Positions 1-12,200 of a stretch of 64,000 bases of DNA are shown here, one piece after another. The notes below the pieces were generated by a model. It was not told the DNA's origin and ran no database searches. It saw nothing but the letters and a program-made list of their open reading frames with translations. Each line of letters starts with the position of its first letter. Position 1 is the stretch's first letter. The position numbers and the translations under genes were made by a program. The DNA is taken from positions 10,974,001-11,038,000 of the forward strand of contig OZ176050.1 in the NCBI GenBank assembly GCA_964247055.1, given 5' to 3'. This DNA comes from Paragordius varius (Eukaryota; Animalia; Nematomorpha).

Positions 1-260
1 TTAGGTTATTACAATAATATAATGAAACAAAGAAAGCCTAATTAAAACAATACTTCAGCATGCAGTATACAAAATGTGAAAATTAATCAAGAAAAACATT
101 TATTGCAAATGTATAATGGGTTTAACAATACTAAAATATATTGACAATTTGAGATTTTGGCATTCCATAGGATGATGAAGTAAAAATTTAAATAGTCATG
201 CGGTGAACAAATGTTTTTGGAAATTTGGTTCAATATATAAGAGAATATATTGTATAAAAT

Positions 261-3200
261 TTAAAATATTTTTCTGACATCACTGACATAATCAGAAATA
301 TTGACATGCAATAAAAGGGTTGAACCCAAGGTTAACCAGCCATCATGCTCATCTTTAAGTTTACACGTGCGATATCCTATTTATAGATAAAAAATATATT
401 GGATCAAAAACTATAATGCCAAAATCAAACCTAAAATTAAAATTGTACAGATTAATCTTGATTTAAAAAAAATCTTAACAAGATAATTTCACATCCTAAG
501 AGTTAAAATATACCTTGAGTTATACAATTAAATGGGATAGAATACTGTCCAATGAAATCATTTTGGGAAGACGTGTCAAAATCTTTAACTACAAACCTAA
601 CGATAGTGCTTTCGGGGTCGTCGATTACAAATTCAAAGGATTCATTCCATACTGGATTAAAACCTAATAATAAAAATAGGCTATAAATAAAATTAGGCTA
701 TAAAATATGTTATCATTACATAAATAATTGTTTGACATAAATTTGATAATATTTAAAACCATAATTAAAGTTGCGTTATTGGTCTTAAATTTAATTCGAA
801 TAGGAAAATTAATGGTCTATTTTTTCTTCTCTAAATTTAAAGTGGAGTGATTTAAATTGCATTACTGAAATGTAAGTTTTATCACCTACTAGCATTATCT
901 CTCCTGATTTGATGTCAAAATACAGTCTAACATTAAAAACTTTATATTTTCATCAATACATTATCATTATTATATATGAAAAATTAAGAAACATTAAATG
1001 GTATATGTTAATCAATTGCCTTATATTTTATGAAAACCATAATTTGTGACGATTATCCGCTGTTTATTATAATTAACTTGTGTTTAATACCATTATTTTC
1101 AATGATCCTTGTTTTACATTTTTGTGTTGTCTTAAATCCCATTACATCGATTTTGACATATGGATCTACCACATCTTTATCTGTCCGATTTCGATTTGGT
1201 TTGGGCAATTGTTGGGCGCTTATAATCTTTATGTAATAAATTTTTTTAAAAGAAGAATAATTAGTTAAAATAAAGTTCATCCTAATTTTATAATATATAA
1301 TTATTGATAAATAATATTTATTTAGAAAAGTAGATTTATAACTCAGAATGTTGATTATACACAAATCATTACACACATCAACCAAAAATATTTGGAATAA
1401 AATAACCTTTCAAAACACCCATATTTGTAATCATTGATATATAAAATACCTGAAGTTTCAAGATTTTCTTCGTAGGTGTTGTAATTGTGCCGCCTATTTT
1501 TAAGTAAAAACAAAATTAAAATTCCATAAAAACATTAGAATAGTCTAAAAATGTCTATCTTTAACATTAAAAATCTTATTGAATGCATTAAAAATCGTCG
1601 AACTTTTTATTTCTTAAGTTAAACCCTTTGATAATACCACTGATGATAGAAAAAATAACGGTTTTGTATTAGTTTAATATAACCATAAATCTCTATAAAA
1701 TTTGCGGATTCTTTTAATAAAACTGAACCCTAGGCTCGCATTTCCAGCCTGTCTTAAATATGCAAATAATTATGTTTTATAGCCAAGAGTTTATACCAGA
1801 TGGTGTATTCGAGAGTAAGTTTTGTGGTTTTAACACATAACCACACCTGCCGTTGTCACGGAATTGAGCATGGTACATTTGCATTTTTTTATCGCTGTGT
1901 TGAAAATTCATAGCGACTATAAACATAAAAGTATATAGTGTGTAAAGTGGCCTATTCACATTATGGGGAAAAACAACTAAATGTTGAGATAAAACAATTT
2001 TTTCTTTGGGTCAATTATATATGGAAAAGAATTTTTTTATAACACACGCTACTGTATTGCCAATTGGCCAACAATAATGTGAATAGGTTAGCATAAGTGT
2101 GCATACTGCATATGACTTTTTATCCAAATACAATCAACTGTATATATTCGTAAAAATATCTAAATTTCTCGTATAAAACAACGAAATAAAAAACAGGAAT
2201 GTTTTTTAGTTGCTAACCAATTTGGCATCCAGCCTTCCAGAAATCAATGGCAGAAAAGTTGCTCGAATCAGTCCGTATGCCATTGGGATAAATTCGACTC
2301 AAATATTTTTGATTATATTGGGAGAAGGCATCAATATCTTCTGCTATCATAGCGATTGCGTCTGATTCCACAAAGGAGCACATGGTCGTTGCAGGCCCTA
2401 AAATATATTTTAATTATAAAAAATATATATTTAGGTAAACAGTTTTTTTCCTTATAAAATTAACTTTTGTAAAAATAAGTCTATTTATATTTACAATCAT
2501 ATATCCTTTAATTTATCAAAAATTTAATTTTTTTTATTAAATGGGTATAAATATTTGGTAAAGAATGGAAAAAAACAAGAGCTCTATGGTAGTTTTTTTT
2601 ATGAATATTATATTGTTAATACCATAGAGCTCTTGTTTTTACCATTCTTTAACAAATATTTATACCCATTTAACGTGTGAAAATAAATTTTGATAAAACA
2701 AAGGATACATGACTGTAATTCTTACTTTTCTCCCCTACACCACCAAAGTGAACGGATTGTAAATAAGTAATGTCCGACAATTCTTTCGCAAGTTTTATAG
2801 TCTTGTTAGGAGGCTGAAAAAATCAAAAATAAATCTGTAAAAATTTATAAATTAATTTTTATTTCGAGTTTAAATTTTTTGGTTTTGCCAAATTTAATGT
2901 AAAAAAATATTTGCTAAAATAGAGAATATTTCAAAATTTATGTTATTTTAACGAGACTATTAATTTTGGTTAAAATTTATAGAGTTTGTCACATGGAGTA
3001 CCTCATTGTTGGATTCCAGATTTTCTTGAACAATTACATCTTGAATTTCTGCTGCTTCATCTTCCTCACTAACCATTCCAATATTTTGGTCCGTATTAGG
3101 CAATTTTTTTCCCTTTAAATATAAATTACACCAGAATTTAAACGATTTATATAAATGCTTTTCAACAATGTCATGTTCAAATAGCTCTTCTGTCAAAATT

Positions 3201-6200
3201 ATGAAAAATGTAATATAACCCGTTACACGGTTAAGCCATAATTAGTTATATTTGCTATAGGTACTAGAGTGATGTTGTACTATTTTTTAATTTGCTATTA
3301 TTCCAATAAATATTTCATTATTCTATATTTTATAATTTTATTTCTGCTAAAAGGCTTCAAAAGGTAGCGTAATCACGTCTCGACCAGTGGTGACAAATTA
3401 TGCCCCGACAAAAAAACATGAAAGACCGACCCCAAATTTAAAATATAAAAAGTGTCAGTTTTGTACCGCTTCTTTCTTAAAGCAGCTTGTGATTTGGTAA
3501 ATATCACTATTTTTTTTCCCTACGTTTTAACATGAATTTTGTCTATTTAATTATAGGAGAACTTTTACATTCGCTGTAATATTTATAATTTACTGAAACT
3601 ACTAATCAATCTGGCAAATAATAATGTATTTTGATCACATATGATTTTGTAAATAATTACATTCTATTTCAAATATTTTTGTTATCTCTCATTTACAGCA
3701 ATGCACATAATAATAATAAAAATATACTACCTTAATTAAAAATCGGTTTTTCAACTCTTCAGGCGAAGGAAGAGTTGATGTGTTTCTGGAATTGGTATAG
3801 ATTTTATCTGGAAATATGACAGTTAATAAGATTATAATATATATATGAAATAAGTAATTTTATTTTACTTAATTTTAGCTCACTACAATACATCTCTCCT
3901 TATATTCACTTTTTTAAAGGCACAACTATAAAAAACTTAATATCGAGCATTCCGCTTTACATATGGACCAGCTTGCCAGACACAATTTATAAATTTTTCT
4001 ACCATTCCACGTTAGTTTGTAACGTTTTCAATAAATATAATTTTTTTAAATTTATTTTATAATTATATGTTGTTAAAGCTTGATTACTCATATTTATAAA
4101 TTAAATTACAAAATATCAAAATATGTATTTACCTTCAAGATATGTATGTAAATAATGAGCCATTAATTTTTGTTGTGGTATTGAGCAATGATTCTCGAGT
4201 GAAATTATAACGGGGTATCTGAAAGTAAAGTAATATCATATATTATTTAAATGAACATTTTAATAATTATTATAAAATATATAAATTAAGGTTTAAAATT
4301 TGAATTTTCAATAATTGAATTTTTTTAATGTGAATCTTAGGAATCAAAAAACATAATGTAATAAATGTTATTTAAAAAAAAATTGGTACAACAAAATTTA
4401 TATATTAAATACTCGGAAGTTTCAAATGCATAAGTTGAAATGGCTTGTATAATATCATCAAATTTTATTTTGGGGGTCAATGTGTGCCCATGGAAAACTA
4501 CAGGATCACCGTCTGCACCATCCCAAACGTCAACTATATTTTGAGAAAAATAGATAAGAAGTTTATAAAAATATATGTTTAATATTTGTAATAGGGTTTG
4601 GTTTCAACTAGATAAGAAGTAATAGCCGGTCCGAATGCTTATAAATTTAGTCATTCATAGTCATAAGCAATCATCATTACCAAAAATGTAAGGTATATGT
4701 TGTTATTTCCAAATAAAGTACAATTAGGTAAATCAGTTTATACCATTATTACACACAGGGGTGTTCAGTATGCGGCTTAAAAAAACTTGAAAATCAAAAT
4801 TTAAATATTCTCACAAATATGGTTCAAAAAATTGATTTTTTCCAACAAAAGTCTATTTAAATAGCAATAAACTCAAAAACATTGTTATATTGTGTTTGCA
4901 TTTTGCAGACTTATGTTTAAAATTAAATAAATCAAATTTTAACTTTTTTTAACTGCCATTCTTGTAAATTCAAAATTTATTTCATTAAAGTACATAATTA
5001 GTATATCTGAAAAGAAAATTGGTCTAGCATGGAAGAATTATTTTATATTAGAGTTTATCGATAATTTTTGGCCCCGATTTAAGATTAAACTCGAAATTTC
5101 GAAAATTAAAAGTTCTAGATATGAAGCCATGTATTTTATATCATTCGTAAGAGCGCAAAAAACTGCATCTTTTAAATGGTAGTAAGTCATTTTGAATCAA
5201 TCGGATGTAAAAGTTATTTGGATTTAAATGGTCGGAATTTTCAATCCTTAAATAAGTCAATAATTTTCACAGACAAACTAATTTGAAAATCATATAAATT
5301 ATTTTAATATAATTATTAGGTTTATATTAGTATTTAATTTAAAAAAATGTTTGAAAAAGCTTTTGGTTTGCTTTTTAATAAAAATTATTATTATCTTAAA
5401 TATTTTACTTAGTGGATACTAAAATGCATAGTTATAACTGTAAATTTATTACATAATGGCTATAAAAGATCAAAAATGCCTTAAACTTTGTTTTTATCTT
5501 TAAAATTTCGAAATTATCAGCCTTGTAAAGAAAATAAATTAATATTGATGAGATGGTATTTTTTAAAAAACAAAAAACTTAAAAATGGCTGTTATGAGTG
5601 ACATAAAAGCAATAATAAAATGTTTTAATCAAAAAAACTTTCTTGTTTTATCTTTTTTGGACATTCATCACCATCTAAACAAAGTTTGAGCTATTTTCAT
5701 CCATTAGGCTTAAAAATATAATAATTAAAAAAATGATCTCGCTTCGCGCGTTTGTCGCTCTTTGTGTCCAATATTAACTGTCGATGTAATACATATTAGT
5801 ATGCATTTTATAGAGTTTTTATTACTCTTTCGAATGATATATTACAAATGGGCATTACTTGTATATTTTCAAAGAAAAATATTTTTTAGTAAAATTTTGA
5901 TAAAGAGGGCGCATAATCAAAGAAATCAAATTATACAAAATTCTTCCAACGAGTTATAATTTTTATTTCAGATTTACTGTTAAAACGATACTAAATATCA
6001 GAAAATTAAAAAAACTCGAGTGGCAGAAAAATTTGTTGTCCAGTGTTATTTATAAATGCCCATATATATAATTTAAATGCGGCCCGCCACTTTTTTCACC
6101 CCTGATTTACCATATCATATTATTAACACATGTAGTTTGTCTGGTCAGCAGTTATAATCACGGTCATGTAATAATGAATCCATCCTTAAATAAATGATAC

Positions 6201-9200
6201 CCAAGTTTATATAATTTTTGCAAAAATAAAGTTTCAAATATTTAACTAACTTTCAACGCATCGGCACCCATCACGTAAAGCTCTAATATAATTTTCTACA
6301 CTACATGGTCCCACTAATTGATCTTGGCTCAAATATCTTTAATATATATAAAATTATATTATTATACCATTTACAGTTCATATTCACGGTGAACAATTCA
6401 AATTTATTGTAAATTGGATTAAGTGTTTTAAGATTAAAAATTACTAATATTTTTTTATATTTTTAAAAAATGAAATTTTGTTTAAAATTAATATAATACT
6501 GAAAAAATAATAAACTATGCCATAAAATATATTTTATATTAATGATAACTTATATTACCCCCAAAACACATAATTTATTTTTAGGGTGAATTTGAATTGT
6601 TCGAGAGTGAATTTGAATAGTTCAAGGGTGATTTTAAATACTAAATGGTATATATATTTGAGTTTGTCAATATATATTTTAGATGAAACAAAAGACATAC
6701 GTATTATGTGAAGAATTGATAAAGTAATGGGTTAAAGGTTTGGACATGTCTTGATAAACTTCTAAATGTGCCTTGTTAAAAAGGGCAAAATCTCTGGATA
6801 CCAGCATACATCTCATTCCTATAAATTGATTAATTGTTGTTTTATATTAAAACTCAACCTAAAAAAATCCGTTAACAAAACAATCCTAAATTTTAAAATA
6901 GTCATGATTAGCAAAGAAGACTTACAATAAAAATTGATATTATACGGACAAAACGTTAAAATATGAAGAATTCGATTAAATACTATCATAAAATACATAA
7001 TTGATAATGTAACCAATTTACATCTATATTTTTTGCAGTTTACAACAATGAGTACAAAAATCAAGTTTTAAAAAGTATGGTTGTCTTTTAGAAAATATTT
7101 GTCTTTATGTTTATTATCGGATTTTAATTAACAAACCTTCAGCCGACATTGTGCCTTCTTGATTGGTTTTGTCGTATGTTTCAATTAATTTCTTGCAATC
7201 GTCTAAGGTTACATCTGTTTGCTATACTTTTATGTTGTAAATCTTATAAAAAACTAAAGCAACAAACCTTTTGTTCCGTCACCATAAAATTTTTCAATTC
7301 CTCTGGTTCAAGAAATGAGCTCCCATTTTTGGAATATCTAATTTTTTATATATGCAAATTTGATTGCTTATGTATTGTTATCAAAATATTTAATGAAATA
7401 TTATGTGTTAAATACTTTCTGATAATATCGTTAATTTCGGGTCGACGAATAAGTAACTTGTAAAAGCATAAAAATTCTTTCTGATCCAGAACGTCCTCCC
7501 CTGTTTTATTCTTTTTTGTGTTAATGTCTGAAGCCTGTAATACAGATAAATTAATTTGTCAATTAACCGAAATTTATTATTTAATTTTTAAATTTTCGAT
7601 TTTATACCATTTACACCTCAAATTCATCCTCAAACAAATCAAATTCACCCCTGAACACTTCAAATTTACCCTATTTGAGTAATAAAACTTTTCATTGGTA
7701 TGAAATTTTTCTTTACGTCATAATTTATTATTTTTAAGGGAGTTAATTTTAAACAAATTTGATTTTTTAAAATTATAAAAATATATGTAATTTTTATTCA
7801 AAAACACATTATTATTCTAAGGGTAAGTTTGAACTCATTAAGGGTGAATTTGAGGTGTGAATGATATATATATATTGAATTTAAATTATTGTGTCCTTCC
7901 ACAAAAAATTAATAAATAGAGGGAAAAATATGGTATTACTACAGATTTTAAGTAAAAGTAACTCATCATAATTTGATTAATTTTAATTTTCCAATTCAGA
8001 AAGCAACAATTCATTTTGCCCTATTAATCTTATTTGGAAATAAATGGCATGTAAAATATTAAAAAACCAATATTTAATTAAATTAAACAAAAGTTTTTTA
8101 TTTGGGTATTTGAATAAATATTATTTTTATGGATTTTTGCGGGAATCCTTAATATTTTTTTTAATTAACAGATGACACCCATAAAAATAATCCACGTTGA
8201 AATATCGTTTTGGTATATTAATATATGAATGTAATATTTTACATCAAACAATTTTTTTGCATATCTTTTATCCATATTGATATTCATGTGATTGAGAAGC
8301 TGCAACGTTTCTTCAAAACTTAAGCCGCCATCTTTGTTAATATCTGCACGGTTGAAATGTTCGATAGCCCACCTATAAATTATATTTTTAATATTCAAAA
8401 ATTTTATTTCATGTTATATGGAAACATATCTTTCTTATTTACAGTATGCATTTTAATGGTTGCTTATTTCGCACTATAGTTGGTCAATTTTTAACACATT
8501 AGTGTAAAAAAGAAGAAAATATCGAATAAACAATTATTACCTTTCTTTCAAATTGTCCTACTATATTGTGAAATCAACCATTTAAATGCATACTGTAAAT
8601 GAATTTTGCTGTCTTATATCAAATAACCATATTTTAAAGAAATTTAAATCACAAAAACTGCATATTTTTAACTTTCAAACTAATATATTTTAATTTACTA
8701 GCTGGCCCTGTCACGCTTCCCTGTGATGTAGTCTCTCCGATAATTATTCCTAATAAAAAAAATAAAAAACATATTTAATAAAAGAAAATCTTTAATTATT
8801 CTTTTACGGGTTTTTGCAAAGGCTCAAATATTGTTTACTCGAAATTGACCATATTCAAACTATTTCTTATTAAAGTTAATATTCAACTATGATTGGATTT
8901 TTTTTAAGATTTTCGTTTTACGAAATCATGGTTAAAAGTTTTATTTTGAAATTGTGAACACACAGCTGGGATCAGGGGATATCATTTGTGGTCCCTTTTT
9001 AGTGGTCCCTTTTTAAAGGAAAGAATGATATTATAAAATTCCCCAGAAACGTGTTTAACTGAACTCGTATGGCTTCTTAAGTTTTGGAAAAATTAGCTTC
9101 AAACCCACGCCATTTTCGTATGGGTCTCAGTTTTAAACAAATAGACCCCTACCCATAGACCTGTATGGAAAAAGCGCTGAGTTAAATTCTTTGCCTTTAT

Positions 9201-12200
9201 AGGGCAAATATTTGGAATCATCTTTGATACCATCGTCTCATGTGTTATTCGAAAAAATACCTTATCACTATCGTTGTATGATGGCGTATTTTTTAAGGCA
9301 TAAAGGCCCCAAATTAACGACTAATAAAAAAAACGTCGCACCTTATTTTTACCTGGTTACGGGTAATATTTCAAGCTTTTAACGAGGTAATATTGCTTCA
9401 TAAAGTTTCTGTAAATTAGCCAAAACAACGCAATTTCTATATGGTGGCGTTTGGCGGGTGGCTCCTTTCCAGGGAAAGGTATAAAAAAGCGTTGGGCAAA
9501 ATTTTTGCCTTTATATGGGGAATATCTGGAATTCTCATAAATTCCATATGTTCCTATTAGTCTCATAGTTCTAAAATTTTGCTCCAAAGGCATGCTGTAT
9601 CGATATAATGACGCAGTTTTACGCAGGTAGCCCCCTAACCCGGGGCGAACAAAAAACGCTCGATTAAAATTTTTCCATTCGGGTAATACCTGAAATCATG
9701 ATTGATTCCATATGCTCTCATTAGTTTTTGGAAAAATTGTCTCAAAACTAAAAAACTATTCTATGGTGGCGCATTTTTCAAGGCGTGAAGGGCCTAATTA
9801 ACAGATAATTTTAAAAAACCGCACCCTAAATTTTTGCCTTGTTAATATTATTAAGCACCTATTGAAATCATATGGTCTGATAGGTTTACTGAAATTTAGC
9901 CCCAAAGGCACGGTATTTCGATATGGGTCAGTTTTTAGCGGGTATCTCCTTACCCGGCAGTCTATATAAAAGAAACACTCGACTAAAATTTTTGCCTTTT
10001 AACAGGGAATACCTGGAATCCTTATGGAATTTTTACGGTCTCATACCTTGGGTGAAAAATAGATTCAAAAAATTATTTTTGTGGACTTAATTTTTTTGAA
10101 AAAAATGGCATTTTACGGGGGGAGCGGATAAAAAGAGGGCCTAAATTAAAAAAGTGAGCCGACTATGTTCGGCGCAATCGAAAAAAAGTGAAAAAAAATC
10201 ATATTTGAAATCAAATGGTCCAACACGTTTTCCGGAAAATTGTCTCAAAGACAAGATTTTTGTGGACTTCTGTTTTCAAAAATAAACCTATTTTTTACAC
10301 GGGGTGGGCCCGAACTGGGCTAGTTCAAAAAAAGGCGAAGCTATTATCGGGGCCTTCATTAATGATTATATTTTTTTGACATTTGGATTTGAATGGGTCT
10401 CTCGGTTTTCAGGAAAAAGATTACAAAGCCACCACTTTCCATTTTTATAAATATATATAAATTTTAAATTTCAATATATATGTCATATTTTAATTCGTAG
10501 TACCAGACCTCTATCGCGCTGATTTAGGTCACGATTAATTTATGAGATCTTATCTATATGGAAACATATATGCACAAAAACTAAATTTAAAATAATATGT
10601 GCTATATAAATGTATTATCGCCAATATGTTTATAATAAATATATCGTTATGCAGATTACAGTGTGCACATTATTGCTGGTCTAATCACATCATTGTTGGC
10701 TAATGTTGGTCTATTAATAAACATATCAATGTTGTTGTAAGGAAGGAAAAAAATTTTAATTTCAACATTTTGTTGTTTTTACCCATGCACTTCTGTTTTA
10801 TCAATTGACCAACATAAATGTGCATATTGTATAACGCATAACAAAAAAATATATGGATATACTTTTCATGCGCCTTTTCCTGTTCCATATTTTTGTAATA
10901 GGAAATGACATGTTTCAAAGCTTTGACCCATTGATCTTTGATCTCTGGAGATTTGGCACACACATCAAGCGTGTCATGCTTCTGTCCAAAAATAAGGGAG
11001 AAAGCTAAATTTTCTTTTAGACGATCTGGGATGGTGGAAATGTTTCGAAACGTTTTAGTGCTGGAACCCAAACGAATCTCCCGAATATCAGGAATTTCAA
11101 CTATAATGAGTAATTTAATGTATAATGATTATAAAAAATGTGCCTGCTGATTTAATAGCTTAAAGTTAGAGTGAAAATTAAACTTATAAACTTAGAGAAA
11201 AATTTTTTGAAAAGAAAGCCATACTTTTTTAAACTTGAATTTCATACAAAAACTATATAATACCAATTTTTAATCATCTAATTAACAATTCAATCTCTAT
11301 TCCCTATTATGGCAGTTTCTCATTTAACTATATAGAATATAAAGATATAAACTTATAATGAAAATTTTAAGCCTCTCATTAGTCACCAAGCTGTAAATGC
11401 TTGCTTGCTTATTAATATAAATACGCGCGCTAATCATGAAGTCAATGATTGATTAATTATTTGATTTTTAAATTCTAGAAAGATCCATTTAATGTGAATG
11501 CAGAGTATAAGGACGATTGGCAAAAAGAAAATTTATTATCTATAATCAATAAGGCATTGACCTTCCCAGTTTTGAAAGAAGGAGCAGCAGAAGGAACAAA
11601 GATTTCATTCATATTTTGTAAGTTAGTGTGTCAAATTTATTTATCTATCTATATTAAAAACGCATAGTTAGTTATATGCAATGTGCAGCATGAATAGTTC
11701 AAATCGATAATATAAGACGACTTGTATACTCATTTTTTCTGATAAATATATTATAATAATAATTTTTGTTAATATATATTTTAATTAAAATTTCCAAAAC
11801 TGAATTTTTTTATACTTAAACACGAAATTTTAATTTAGTTAAAATATCATGTTTAATTTACAATGAATTCATTAATTTAAAGTTTATTATTAGCTTAGGT
11901 CAGCACCATTTAAGGGACAGTATGTCAACAAAAGTTAATAGATTATTTTTGATAAATGCATGATCAATAACATTTACAATTTTTTTGTTTCAGACCGATT
12001 CTAATTTAAAAAGCAAAAATACTAAAGCTCCGGCGAATAAAAATACTAATTAATAAAAATCATTACTGTAGATCTACAATATATTTACCTTAGTAGTCTT
12101 AACAATACGATTAACAATAGCTCCCGAAACATCAGTAGATTAATAGTAATATACAGAGAAATACGATAAATTATAACAAGTTTTGGTCATAACATAGCAA

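Noticed and set aside
1030-1268. Plus-strand ORFs 1030-1236 and 1080-1268
   Set aside because: Antisense shadows of the PLC C2-domain exon 1091-1226.
9357-9593. [12 protein letters not shown]..., and ORFs 34109-34369, 34249-34482, 52653-52892 and 52966-53211
   Set aside because: All lie inside non-coding Helitron copies; frames are not conserved between copies and no Rep/helicase motif is present.
10855-10862. PLC donor GTATATCC as a possible U12-type or AT-AC intron
   Set aside because: Does not match RTATCCTTT; an ordinary GT-AG junction gives the correct phase with exon 8243-8372.
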